Below, piece after piece: positions 1 through 12,898 of a DNA stretch of 64,000 nt (positions are counted from its first letter, which is position 1; every line of letters begins with the position of its first letter). Source of the DNA: Okamejei kenojei. Lineage: Eukaryota. Made by a program: the position numbers and the translations under genes. Location of the stretch: contig CM069164.1 of the NCBI GenBank assembly GCA_035221665.1, positions 24,924,001 to 24,988,000 of the forward strand, in the 5' to 3' direction. The notes below the pieces were generated by a model. That model was not told the DNA's origin and did not search any database. It saw nothing but the letters and a program-made list of their open reading frames with translations.

Positions 1-115
1 CAGCCTGGTGTTTTTCCTGGAGAATGCCACTTGGACTTGCATCCAATGGATCATATCTTTAAATATCACGGAAGAAGTCATTTTCTTGCATAATGTCCAA
101 CTCCCATTATAATAA

Positions 116-642
116 GTGTTAAAGAAGGAACTGCCGATGCTGGAAAATCAAGGGTACACAAAATGCTGGAGAAACTCAGCAGGTGCAGCAGCATCGATGG
201 AGCGAAGGAGATAGGCAACGTTTCGGGCCAAAACCCTTCTTCAGACTGGCAAAAAAAAAAATGAGGTCAAGGAATGGTAGGGAAGTGTCGGAAATGATCC
301 AGGTGTATTTGAGTGCCGGATGGAAGTTGGTGGTGAAACGGATGAAGGCAGTCAGTTCTGTGTGGGTGCAGGAAGTGACACCAAAGCAGTCGTCGATGTA
401 ACGGAGGTAGATGTCGGGGATGAGGCCCTGGTACGCCATGAACAAGGATTGTTCGACGTACCCGACAAAGAGGCAGGCGTAGCTGGGGCCCATGTGTGTG
501 CCCATAGCTACGCCTTGTATTTGGATCGGGGATGGGGCCCTGATGGGTCTGAAGAAGGGTTTCGGCCCGAAACGTTGCCTATCTCCTTCGCTCCATAGAT
601 GCTGCTGCACCCACTGAGTTTCTCCAGCATTTTGTGTACCTT
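116..642 (-). mobile_element. Truncated Penelope-like retroelement: RT fragment between inverted terminal repeats that carry hammerhead motifs
   Basis: ORF 176..646 has the RT motifs QGVAMGT.MGP.YA.LF, RYIDD and LPFLDL. About 110 bp inverted repeats at ~150-246 and ~547-642. 12-bp direct repeat CCATTATAATAA at 104-115 and 643-654. Confidence 0.85.
542..583 (+). ncRNA. Minimal type I hammerhead ribozyme motif
   Basis: GATGGGT-CTGAAGA-A-GGG-TTTCGG-CCC-GAAA-C-GTT-GCCTATC. It has the CUGANGA and GAAA boxes, stem II, a 7-bp stem I with G-U pairs, a loopless palindromic stem III and an NUH (GUU) site. Confidence 0.7.
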
Positions 643-1231
643 CCATTATAATAACTTGATATTGTATTTTTCTTTTGAAATTATGTTGGGGAGAAAAAAA
701 GATTTGAAAATGTTACAGCGTGGAGATAATTCTGCAGGAAAGAGTTATTTTAGTTTTTTTACTTTTGTAGAAACAGGTGGACCCAATAGGATAATTTCTT
801 TGGCTTGAAACTGACTATAGATTGCAATGGCTTATGTTTGGAGCAGAAATTATCATTGCTGTCTGCAAGCGATTGTGGTGAAATGATTCATGCTCCCGAC
901 ATGTTTCTAGAACATACCGGGAGATGATTGTTTTGCTGTCGTGCCTGAAGGAGAATTCCTATAAAGTAATTAATTTATATCTAGGTCTGATGCTTCACTG
1001 CTTGTCCTTTTCTAAAACTTTGTGTTGAATTCGAGCTGGACCAATAAAATGTTTTTGATTTAAGCAGTGCTGTTTTTTTGTAGACCAAATGTGCACGATG
1101 AATAAACCAGCCTGTCACATGGTGGGAAAATTAAATAATGATGTTTTTTGGAGGTGCCGCAACGCCGTTCCAATGCATGCAAACACAAAACAAGCACGAG
1201 ATTTAAGCGTAGAAATAGTGAAACAATTTGG

Positions 1232-1518
1232 AGCAGCACAGCACCAGAGACCCGGGTTTGATCCTGCGTACCGGTGCTGTCTGTGCGGTGTTTGTATATC
1301 CTCCCTGTTACCATGTGCATTTTCTCCGGGTGCTCCGGTTTCCTCCCACATTCCAAAGACGTGCAGGTTTGTAGGTTTATTGGCTTCTGTAAATTGCCCC
1401 CTAGTGTATAGGATGTGAAGGTGGGATAACATAGAACATGTGTATGGGTGATTGATGGTCAATGTGGGCTCAGTGGGCCAAAGTGCTTGTTTCCACACTG
1501 AATCTCTAAAACTAATCT
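1232..1518 (+). mobile_element. tRNA-derived V-SINE/HE1-like SINE
   Basis: ccagagacccgggtttgatcctg (B-box-like), ggtttcctcccaca.tccaaagacgt core, CR1-like tail gtgggcc...tgtttcc...ctctaaaactaa. Confidence 0.85.
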
Positions 1519-2990
1519 ACAGAGTTTTTCTCTGTGGAGCGTCAATCATTTTGAGGTAATAATTTTTACTCTTAGCTTTACAGCATTCTTTAAACTTTTA
1601 TCATTATTGTGTTATGATAAAAGCTATAATCATCTAATGGATAATCTTGTACTCATTGGCAATAACTTTTAAAGTTGTATAAACTCTGGTTCCATTACTC
1701 CATCGCTGAGTTTGGTTACATTTTCCTACAGTCAAAAGCCAATATGAACTCATCATCTTTGGTATCTGGAATCTTGTGGCTATAGTTTCAGCTCCACATG
1801 TGATCCATTATAGTTACAAAGAAGATATTAATTATGATTTTTGCTGCAACTGTCCAAAGCCGAACACAGCTCGACAATGTTTATTAGTAACGAGGATAGA
1901 CCGAAGGATTATTTTTATTTGGTTGCTATGTGGATGGTCCTAACATGCCAACATTTATTGTCTATTACCAGTTGGCCTAAGAGGGCATCTATTGGGCTTT
2001 TGAACTGTACCACAAGATGACTTGCTATTTCGCTTCAGAGTATCATGGTTTAACCATCGATGGTGTAAAACACAATCATGTGCAGCTAGACGAGATCAAA
2101 ATGGTAAATCAGTATCCTTGAAGGAAATTGCTAAATGTATTGGCCGTTGTAATTGATTTTTCATTTATTAGCTTGGTGCCATTCATAAATAGCCAGATTT
2201 ATTGAAATTGATTTGCAAGTTGTCATGGATTTTGGTATTAGTGCCTCTGGATTACCAGTCCAATTTGTCAATCTAAACCCGCAGTCACACAATCACATTG
2301 CATTTCACTAGCTTCATCTTAAACACTAGCTTCATCTTTACACATTTATTTTTGTATTATGTTGGCAACATTCTGATAGTTAAGGGTAATTCAGAAATCC
2401 TTTTGCTCACTAATCATTGTTCTGAATTTGCACTTTAAATGTGGGCATTCCTGGTCAATAGGAATTGGATGTTGGATGTTGTTTATCATGAATCTGAAAA
2501 TCTTGCTGCTCAGACAAATGCCAGGTTCTATCATGTTCATGTATGCCAAAGAATAGATTAGATTACCAATAATAAAAGTTGCCTTTGGAATGACAATGGC
2601 ATTGATAGTTTGTCTGGATTTAACGTGTATGCCCCCCAGTGGTCTTCCCATGTGAAATAAAACATTTTAAAACGCTGACCAAGTGCAGATGTTTTTTTTT
2701 CATCTGTTATTTCTCGACAACATGAAATGGTGGCATACTTGGCTGGTGTTATAAACACCATAAATGCATCACATGTCAAAGTTCTAGGAGCGACAGTATG
2801 GGTTTGATTTGCATCAAATGAATCATAGTTTTAAATCTGTAGATTAAAGCCTATTTCAGATCATGCTTTGAAGATAGACATGTACAGGTTTATTTTCAGT
2901 GTACATCCTGGAGACAGGTGCCAGCCTTTGGTGACAGGAATCTACAGAATGACCTGCTATGTTTATGTTAGATCTGAAACTCTTAATGCT

Positions 2991-3279
2991 CCGAGATACA
3001 GCATGGAAACAGGACCTTTGGCCCACCGATTCTGTGCTGACCGATTACCCACACACTAGTTCTATCCTACACACTAGGGACAATTTCCCAAAGACAATTA
3101 ACCTACCAACCTGCACGTCTTTGGAATATGGGAGGAAACCGGAGCACCTGGAGAAAACCCACAAGGCACAGGGACAGCATACAAACTACGTAGTCGGCAC
3201 CCATAGTCGGAATTGAACCCAGGCCTCTGGCGCTGTAAGGCAGCGACTCTACTGCTGCACCACTGTGCAGCTGTACCTC
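2991..3279 (-). mobile_element. V-SINE/HE1-like SINE
   Basis: Reverse complement of the same consensus. Confidence 0.85.
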
Positions 3280-4589
3280 CAGAAAACATATCCTGAAACA
3301 TGCATATATGCTAAATTATGAATTTGCCCTCTGCTGTTAATATACCCTCTTAATTCTGAATGTTGTTATAATCTGGTTCTGCAAACGTTTTGGAGAATGG
3401 GTCCCATGAGATAAACCAGTGTGTTGTTCAGACCATGGTACTAGAGTCTAGGATGTCAATACTAGAGGGCTAGTTACTTTTTAAAATTCAAATTATGAAA
3501 GATCAATACATTTAAAGATGATTGATTATAACTTCTATTAAAATCAGTGAGCTAAGATTTCCTCAGGCTAGACTTTGATAAATGTATTTGTGATTTATTT
3601 ATTTCCTCCCTACACTCTAAATTCACCATGTACCTTGTTTCATCTCTACCTTCAAAAAAACCTCCTAATCTTCAACAATATCTTCAGATCCATTGTAATT
3701 CTGTTCCCGTTTGTTATTTTCTTTTTCTCCACCCGAGGCTATATGTAGCAATCTGTGACACCTTGCGGGAACACTATAGAAATATAGGTCTTCTGATCTT
3801 TTCATTATATTATTGCTTTCGTCTTGGGAAGGAGAGGGGAGGGGGTGGGGGAGAGGAGCAGAGGCGGGTGGGAAAGACAGAGTGAATTTATTTTTGAATT
3901 ACCAATTTAAAAAGTCATTCAGTAACTTGCTCTGTTTGCATGATCTAGTCGTTTCATGAGAGGCTGGAGCAGTGATGGTAACGGTATGTTACCAAAGAGC
4001 GGTCAGTCTCCTCTCCACTATTTACATTGAATAATTTAACTTCTTGATTGTTTCAAACAACATGGAACGTTCAAAAATCAAAGAATGCAAAAAGTCGGGT
4101 GCTTCAGTGAGCATGGATATCTTGGTGGTATCCTGCACGTTTACCTAACCTACTGAAATTTCCGTGGCAAGAGGACTATTTGTGAATGGTGCACGAAATA
4201 AAGAATACAAAAGCAATTTCAAGTACCATTGTATATTTATTTATTCCCTTCAAGGAGGACAATATACCATTTTGATCTCTTCTGACTACACATGATTGTA
4301 TTTTGCATTAGATGTTTAAATAATGGTACTCAGGGTGGAATAGCCAGTCATTTTGTTGTATTGTTTAGAAGCCGCATGGATGTCCTCTGAGGACAACTGG
4401 TAATATATGATAAATGTTGCCACATTAGGACCATCCAGATATCCAAAGCTTTGGTCCATCCTTGTATGAGTAAGCACCTTAAAGTCTCATTAGCCTTTGG
4501 ACAGTTGGAGTATATCATAATTTTTGTTGTTGTTGTCAATATAATGATTGAATATCATGATGATTTATCAAATCTATACCTGAGGAGTG

Positions 4590-4780
4590 TCTGAAGAAGG
4601 GTCCCAACTTGAAACGTCGCCTATTCATGACCTCCAGAGATGCTGCCTGACCTGAGTCTGAAGAAGGGTCTCAACCCGAAAACATCACCCATTCCTTCTC
4701 TCCAGAGATGTTGCTTGTCCTGCTGAGTTACTCCAGCTTTTTGAGTCTATGCTGCCTGGCCTGCCGCGTTACTCCAGCAC
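4590..4780 (+). mobile_element. Penelope-derived short element, tandem copies with two hammerhead-like cores
   Basis: ctgaagaagggtc...gaaacgtc at 4591 and ctgaagaagggtctcaacccgaaaacatc at 4658, each followed by ctccagagatg.tgc.tg.cctg. Confidence 0.75.
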
Positions 4781-5021
4781 TGTTTGGAGTGAAACACCCA
4801 TGTTTATTGGAGCTCACATCCACAGGAAACATTGATCACCGTGCAGAAGCGCATGATATTTCATCATGGAATGCAATGGCTAACCACGGGGCCAGATGGT
4901 GTTGGGGACGGAGCTTAATTGAACTTGACTGAAAAGCTGGGACAAGTTACAAATCATTACTAGGTATTAACAGAATCTGAAAGAGCAAAGGTAATGTTAG
5001 AGTTAAAGGTAATGTTAATGA

Positions 5022-5250
5022 GTTGTGAATTTGTGGAATTCCCTGCCACAGAGGGCAGTGGATGCCAAGTCACTGGATGGATTTAAGAGAGTTAGATAGA
5101 GCTTGAGAGGCTAGTGGAGTCAAGGGATATGGGGAGAAGGCAGGCACGGGCTATTGATTGGGGACGATTAGCCATGATCACAATGAATGGCGGTGCTGGC
5201 TCAAAGGGCCGAATGGCCTCCTCCTGCACCTATTTTCTATGTTTCTATGT
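5022..5250 (+). mobile_element. CR1 LINE extreme 3' fragment
   Basis: Near-identical to 14513-14730. Confidence 0.9.
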
Positions 5251-5505
5251 AGAGCGCTTATACTGAAGTACTGGAATTCCTCCACTTTCGACTGTAGCTC
5301 AAGATGTCTTAAAGCATTTTACAGCCAATTGTCTTTCTATATGTGGGCATTATTATAATGTAAGAAACATGGCTGGTGATTTATGCACAGGTGTCTGTAA
5401 AAATAGCTGTCATTCAGGGTCTATTTATATTATTTCCAAAAATTCATTTGAGAAGTAGGTGTTAGACCCTTGACTGCCCCAAGCTGTTCATGATGAAGAA
5501 GAAAA

Positions 5506-5558
5506 GATCATAAATATTACTTTCAAGATCAGGATCATAAATATTACTTTCAAGATCA
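5506..5558. repeat. 27-bp period tandem duplication GATCATAAATATTACTTTCAAGATCA(G)
   Basis: Two identical adjacent copies. Confidence 0.9.
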
Positions 5559-7232
5559 ATTCTTTAAATATTTGTCAGATTTATGGCATAATTCCCTATA
5601 TAGAGATGTTTAAAAGATGTTCTGAGATTGTTTCCTCGGAGTTTGATCATGCAACAAGCAAAACTAAGAGCAAACCCAAGATAAACACAAAGTGCTGGAG
5701 TAACTCAGTGGGTCAGCACTTTGTGTCTATCGTGGGTGTAAACCAGCTTCTGCAGTTCCTTTCCACACAGAGTGAACCTATCTGAATTTGGTCTTATTAC
5801 GCTCATATAATCCACAGCAATCCCCCTTAAAGCCCAAAGACTTGAATAAAAAGGCAATAAACAGATGTGGCAACTGCTTGTGAAAGGGAAATGTTATCCA
5901 AATGAGAAGATTTTTTTTATGGAAGCGATCTAACATGTGTATGCTCATCCTACAAATGGTGTCGGCCTGTTTTCGGAATTAGATTTGGTGGATTCACTCT
6001 GACGTCAATCTGAGTCGGTCAACACGCCTGTGAGCCAAAATGATGTGTATATTAACTGATCAAATGAAGGGCAGGCTGCGTGGCTGGACGACAAGACCAA
6101 GAGTTGATTCAATCAGTCTTTGAGTGTGTCCTTAATTCAGCAAGAATACACAAATGAAAGATATATTTTCTATAGTCCTATTCCACTGAGTTCATTACAA
6201 CATGTAAAAATAACAATGGTTCAGTTATGCTTTTGTTGCCATTTGTGTAAAGAGCAAACACACAGTGAAATTATTTCCTTACAAACAGTCCAATAGAGTA
6301 TTGCCATACCTACGCACATGTCCAATTAGCAACTTGTTTCTATCCCCAATGTAAGAGGCAAATACAGAACAAATACTGTTTAAAATCCTTCTCTGAGCCA
6401 TCCTGAATATTGTTCACACTACTACAAAGTGGTTCAGGATATGTGTCATTCTAACTAGAGTTTGTCAGTGTAACAAAATTGTAACTATGATCATTTTTTT
6501 TCTTTTGTTTTAATGCTAAGATGATTCTAAATATACTTAACCAGTTACTAACGCAGACTGTTCTTTGCCATTTCCCACTGTCTCCACAAGTGAAAATCTA
6601 TTAAAATAAGAATTTAAAAGCAAGAATGTTAAAAGACACACTTATTGTTGGAAATATCAATGAGGGCTACAGTAGGCAACGTAAGATTTCATCGCTGCTT
6701 AAAACAGACTTGAAATATTTGGGAGGAATTCCAATTTAACACTACTGCCAATTTCTAGGCAATTGTGTGGCTGTGGAGAAATGGATAATTTCATTGATTC
6801 TATTTCCTGAGGGAAGTTAGTTTTTTTTAAGTAGCACATTTCCTGGTCTCAGTGCACATTTACTGAATTGAATTTCATGACATTCCTCTAGATGTGAGCT
6901 TGTGCCCTCTGGATTATTGGATTGTTATTTTTTTTTTACCATTAAGATAATTTTATCAGAGTTTATTTTTTAACGTATATGCTTCACTGAAAATACAACT
7001 ATATTCTATTGTATCAAAATCACAGCGGTCATTATCACTATTCCACAGCTTTTTAAGCAGCTCCGTTTCACTCAGCGGTTAATCTTCTCTCTAACCTGAC
7101 AAAGCTTCGTACAAGTACTCTCAAATACATTCCAAGATCCACATCAGGTGGGATCTGTTTGTTACACTGGGGGAAACAGGGGTTTGAGTTCCTTTCAATG
7201 GATAATGAGTTCTATGGTAGCAGCGTAATTGG

Positions 7233-7463
7233 ATGTTCACACAGAGGATGGTGGGTGTATGGAATGATTTGCCAGAGGAGGTTGTTGAGACAGACACTCT
7301 AACAACATTTCAGAGACATTTGGAAAGGTACAAGGAGTTGAAGCTTTATTGGGATATGGGCCAAAATGCGGGTAGGTGGGACACGTGTAGACGGAGCATC
7401 TTGGTCGTCATGGACGAGTTGGGTTTGCAGGACCTGTTTGCACGCTGTAGGACTATGACTCTA
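7233..7463 (+). mobile_element. CR1/HER1-type LINE 3' end (second subfamily)
   Basis: FTQRMVGVWNDLPEEVVE. Similar fragments at ~13119-13385, 17950-18146, 18743-18947(-), 28063-28265 and 54040-54270. Confidence 0.8.
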
Positions 7464-8693
7464 TGGCAAAATAATTACGTCTCATCAAGATTGTTTCTCA
7501 CCTCAGGATAGTATAATGTACACTCGCGATGATTTAAAAGAAAATGTTCTGTTACTAATGGTCAACTAGAATATTGATCGCCATCACTACTAGAGACTGT
7601 GAAGCTGTCAATTCATGATACAAATCCAATTAGTTCATTAATGTCTTTAAGGGAAGGAAATTTGATGTCCTAAGCCAAGTTTGAAAGATTCAAACTGGTT
7701 TAATATTGTGTGTAAAAGACAAAGTTTTAATTTCCAATTCCCAACTATTATTTTCCAGAAAATAATAGATGGCTGAAAAGAGGGGAGATATTTTCTCAGG
7801 CTCTTTCTATGTTAATTTATGTTTCTCTATTGCATAATTGATTCCATATAACATTGAGTTTTTTTATGACAACTTCAAGAACTAAGTGCCTGGGATTTAT
7901 GACTGAATGATCAACCATTTTACCAATGTGCATACATAATGAGTCTCTCAGAGTTAATTTGGATATTTTGGATCCCCATTCCAGAAAAATTGCTCTGAAT
8001 GTTAGGATCCAAGTATATTTTGCTCAGAGTACTGCAATCAAAGCAAAATCTGAAAAGAAAATTTCAACCGTCCAGAGATTAATCCAAATTCTACGTTTAT
8101 TAGTGAAGCATTAAGAGTGATGTACAGGTATTGGTTCTTTAGATCTCCATTATGCCTGCTCATTTCTCCTAAACAGCCTTGATATTTCTCAAATCAGCCA
8201 ACTACTTGCACCCACTTTTTCAATATTACTCCTCCGCCACTCTCATGCATCCCAATGTCACAAGTTTGTGAATGGTTCCATATTTTTTAAATTATAAACA
8301 ATCAACATAAACCAAAACAAAATATTAAATCAGGAAATAGTCTGTTTCCTGGTGCTTACGTTGGAGATAATGGTAGAGGCAGGGCAGCCATTAGGAGCAG
8401 CTGTTAAGAATAAGACAAATATTTCCTAATAGACCTTTCCCAGAAATTACTATGTTTTTTTTTTAAACTTTTAACCATCTATAAATTTTCTGAACAGGAC
8501 TCATTCTGTGCAATTGGGAGACCTCCAATTACCAAGCCTCTATGTGATGATTAAAATATGCCTTGTGTTTCCCTTTGAGAAAGAGAATTAAAGCAAAAGA
8601 GGTGAAACAGCAAAAAAGAACATCTTATGATTCAGCACAAATAACCAATCTTTCAATTTAAAGAATCACTGTTCATATTTTTCTCTCTCCCAG

Positions 8694-8794
8694 CTTCATT
8701 ACAGTTCAGATACAACATGGACGACTTGGTACCAGATGTTTGCAATGCGGTAAAGGAACTACCACTTCGAAAAGTCCTGCCTCCTGTGATTGAG
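8694..8794 (+). CDS. FAM227B: FAM227B-like coding exon (101 nt, phase 1/0): xSLQFRYNMDDLVPDVCNAVKELPLRKVLPPVIE
   Basis: Strong polypyrimidine acceptor (tttttctctctcccag), GAG|GTACAC donor, open frame, phase 0 matching the next exon. Protein similarity is weak. Confidence 0.7.
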
Positions 8795-9355
8795 GTACAC
8801 TCACTGCTTATGGAGCCTTTCTGTGAACCGTAGGGCTTTGTGGTTAAAGGACCAGTGAGGGCAGGGCAGAGTTGTTGTGGCAGGGGATGAGTTCCAACCT
8901 ACTGGCATCTGAGTGAACATCAAGTCACAAGGTGGAACGTTAAGATACTGGCAAGTTCAGGATGCTGTGTGAAAGCCCACACATTACGCATGTAACACAA
9001 GATAAAAAGGAGAGAAATCTGGCATAAAAAACATTTTGCTGTGTGAAACAAAACAATATATATTCTGTTAGCAACATTGGACAACACCGATACTTGTCCG
9101 TGTTGCTATTTATGGGAGGGCGGAGGGTGGCAGTGGAGTTTAAAACTATGAAGACTTTATTTTGTGGTGGATTTCATTGTAAGGACTAATTCCTCCTCTT
9201 ATGAAACCCATTTTACAAAATATAATAAGAAATAAGCAAAATATCTTTTGTTACAGGTTGGTTCAGCACTCATTTAAAAATAGGTCTTTGAGATTTCCAG
9301 CCTACCTTTGGATGTGTGCACATTCTGCAGACTGTTTATCTGCTTAAATACATAA

Positions 9356-9987
9356 AATTGTGAGAGTCATAAACAGGGCTGACAGTCAGAACCTTTTTCT
9401 CTGTTTGGAAAAATTAAATACTAGAGGGCACAGCTTTAAGGTGAGAGGGGAAAGGTTGTATCCTTTGACAACCGCCTTCATGGTCTGTAACTCCACAAAT
9501 TTTGATATAGTCTGCAAACTTAGTAATCAACCATCTACATTCATATCAAACAATGAGGTACCAGTGCTGATCCCTGCAGAACACCACTGGACATAGACCT
9601 CCAGCCAGAACAATATCCTTCCACCACTGTCCTGTATCCTATGTCGAAGCCAGTTCTGAATACAGACTGCCATGTCAATAGACAATAAACAATAGGTGCA
9701 GGAGTAGGCCATTTGGCCCTTCGAGCCAGCACCGTCATTCAATGTGAGCATGGCTGATCATCCCTAATCAGTACCCCGTTCCTGCCTTCTCCCCATATCC
9801 CCTGACTCCGCTATTTTTAAGAGCCCTATCTAGCTCTCACTTGAAAGCATCCAGAGAACCTGCCTCCACCGCCCTCTGAGGCAGAGAATTTCACAGACTC
9901 ACCACTCTCTGTGAGAAAAAGTGTTTCCTCGTCTCCGTTCTAAATGGCTTACTCCTTATTCTTAAACTGTGGCCCCTAGTTCTGGAT
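9356..9987 (-). mobile_element. CR1 fragments: short plus piece, then two minus-strand pieces
   Basis: TRGHSFKV (plus), SGVLQGSALVP (minus) and a reversed CR1 3' end at 9680-9987. Confidence 0.85.
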
Positions 9988-10342
9988 GTTACCTATACAT
10001 CTTAATCTTCTGGTTCAGCCTACCATGAGGGAACCAGCTGCCATGCTGACCCTTGTGTAGACAACATCTACTGCCTACTTTCATCGATCACCTCTGTCAT
10101 CTTCTCAAAAAAAGAATTGAGTTTGCAAGACATGAACTGCCCTGCATAAAGTGACTCTGACTGTCCCTAATTAGTCTTTTTTCACCTAAATGTGAGTAAA
10201 AACCTATGTTGGGTTTCCAGCATCTGGAATTTATTGATTTCCATTGTGATAAAAGCATGCCTTTTCCATGCATTGACAACACGATGTCAGCCAGAGAGTC
10301 GGAAGTGGTTGTTGTGAGACATAATAGAACTAACAGCAAGTA

Positions 10343-10992
10343 CAGTGGCGCAGTGGTAGAGCTGCTGCCTCACAGCGCCAGAGACCCAAGTTCAATCCTG
10401 ACTACGGGTGCTGTCTTATAGTTTAGTTTGGAGATACAGCGCGGAAACATGCCCTTTCAGCCCACTGGGTCCGCTCCGGCCAGCGATCCCCACACATTAA
10501 CACTATCCTATACCCACTAGGGACAATTTTTACATTCACCAAGCCAATTAACCTACTTACCTGTACGTCTTTAGTGCGGGAGGAAACTGAAGATCTCAGA
10601 GAAAACCCACGCAGTTCACGGGGAAAACATCCAAACTCAATGCAGACAGCACCTGTAGTCAGGATCGAACCTGGGTCTCCGGCGCGGCATTCGTTGTGAG
10701 GCAGCAACTCTACCGCTACGCCACCTGGCCGCTGCGCCAACGTGTCTGTCCGGAGTTTGTACGTTCTCCCCTGCAATCATGTGAGTTTTCTCCGGGTGCT
10801 CTGGTTTCCTCCCACATTCCAAAGACGTGCAGGTTTTTAGGTTCTTGTAAGAGTGTATGACTGAGAAGAAGCTTTTGGCTTCTGTAAATTTCCTCTAGTG
10901 TGTAGGATGTGAATGCGGGATTACGCAGAACTAGTGATCGATGGTCGGTATGGACACGAACGGACTGTTTCATGCTGTATCTCTAAACTAAA
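10343..10992 (+). mobile_element. V-SINE with a second full-length antisense SINE nested at 10417-10742
   Basis: The host sequence resumes after the insert; TGTCT is duplicated at 10412-10416 and 10743-10747. Confidence 0.85.
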
Positions 10993-11719
10993 GCAAACCA
11001 TCCATTGTTTAGCAACTTTAATTTACACAGACAGAGTGGAAACAAATGGAAATTCCAGGAACTTCTGTAAGTAGCAAGTGTAACCTCTTCAGTAAAATGC
11101 AATATGGAGGATAGTTACAGAGGAGTAATGATATAAAGCAACTGGGAATACAGCAAATGCAGAACTGAGGGAGGAAAAAAGAGATCTCAGAGAGTCATAC
11201 AGCTGGAACAGTTTACAGTGAAAGACAAATGCCCTGGTAGTTCCCAGCCTTCTCTTAAAATTACCTGAACAGGCATTGTTGAATATTATGTCTGAAAGAC
11301 AATCTTAAACAAAGTGGCATGCTTCCAATGGAAAAACCTGGAACACCTCAGCAGTTAGGTAACCTCTAAAAGAGAAATTAAAATGAGTGGAGCAGAGCTT
11401 GCTGGTCTGGTCTTCCCACCTTGGATCACCACGCATGGTCACTCCGTGCCCCTATTTCAGTCCACCTTGATGGCCCAAAGCAAGACTCCAGTGGCACAAC
11501 CTACAGGAGCAGGACTCTCAGTCATACACTCATACACACTCCATCCCTGAATATGCCCTGAATTTTGTACAGTCCTGGAAAGGCTTTGAAGCTTTCAGAA
11601 TCATTTAATAGCTTTGTAGATCAAGGACAATTAAAATTGAACTTGAATATGTATAATTATCACAAATATTTTAATCATTGAGAATAAAAACGTGTAAGTA
11701 AACAGAAATAATTTCCGAA

Positions 11720-11975
11720 CAAGGGCCCCAACACAAAATGTCTCCTATCCATGTTCTCCGGGGATGCCGTCCAACCCATTGAGTTACTCCAGCTCAGTTT
11801 GCCTTTTTTTAGAAACAAAGAACTGCAGTTGCTGCTTTATACCACCGATAGACACAAAGTGCCTGAGTAACTCAGTGGGCCAGGTTTGGGTCGGGATCCA
11901 AAATACCACCCATCCTTTTTCTCCAGAACTGCTGCCTGACCAGCTGAGTTACTCCAGCATTTTGTGCCTATCATA
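11720..11975. mobile_element. Penelope-derived short element cluster (degenerate, partly inverted)
   Basis: gagttactccagc / gagtaactcag and gaactgcag motifs shared with the 116-642 termini. Confidence 0.65.
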
Positions 11976-12737
11976 GGGGAAATATATTCTTGGGTTTGAT
12001 TCCGTCTGTGCCTATCATAGCGAAATAGCTGATAATGTGAATGAGATGTGTTCTTGCGGTCATTAAATATGTTCCACCATTCTATAACCAGGTCTTTGGG
12101 GCAACTCCCTCACAATTTGACAACCTCCTTTTGGTACGTCATGTTCAGATCAAGAGGGGTTCATCAGCGTACAGGGCCACTCCTCTGGCCTGCCCACCTC
12201 TTTAACACAGATTTTAAAAACAGCAATCTGGAAGTGAGGTGCCCACTGCTTTGTTTAGCTTGAGGTGGTCGCTTCGCAATGGCTGTGCGATGCCCGCCAA
12301 CAGCAATCACCAACACCTTAAAGAGCATGGTGATAACTGTGCCAGATACATGCAGCTGGGGTTAGAAATTCTGCAAATATCAGCAATGGAAGAAATGGTG
12401 AAATAATTCCAGAAAGACGTGAACATGAGATTTTGGACACAGGATTCATGTGCCAATTTATCAGTGGAACAAACTGACTTCGGTTTTCTATCACCTCTGA
12501 CACTTATGACATTTATATCACTATTTCAGTGAGCGATTTCTAGACCAGGAACTCTTATATAAGGAGTTTAAGCAGTATTTAAGCAACATAAAGAATATAA
12601 TTTGTTTTTACGGTGATTTGTTAACACAGTTTGTTAAACTGAAAGATCCTCCAATACCATAATTTCTTGACAAGAAACAAAAATCGTTAAATGGTGTATA
12701 TTAATGAACTAGTAATATTCACTCTTTGCCTTTACAG

Positions 12738-12898
12738 TCATCCTATGCTGGCAGAGGCCCAGAATTCAAACGCATTCGCCTCAGGCTTTCTGGTCGGAGC
12801 CCCCTGGTCGCACACTTCCTCAACATGAAAAAGGTGCAGGGTAGAAGTTTGGGCAGCGTTGGAATAACACTGAAACACAAGGAAATTTCCAAACAGCC
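12738..12898 (+). CDS. FAM227B: FAM227B-like coding exon (161 nt, phase 0/2): SSYAGRGPEFKRIRLRLSGRSPLVAHFLNMKKVQGRSLGSVGITLKHKEISKQ(P)
   Basis: GPEF.R......G.SPL...L.M pattern recalled from FAM227B. tttacag acceptor; ends at the U12-type donor ATATCCTTT. Convergent with GALK2 as in human. Confidence 0.88.

Noticed and set aside
1060-1498. Recurrent ORFs such as MECGRKPEHPEK / FGMWEET
   Set aside because: Spurious frames of the V-SINE consensus, repeated at many copies.
1-8693. Nested FGF7 exons expected from human synteny
   Set aside because: No FGF-like translation recognised on either strand; probably outside the window.
10343-10410. tRNA-like sequence
   Set aside because: It is the tRNA-derived head of a SINE, not a tRNA gene.
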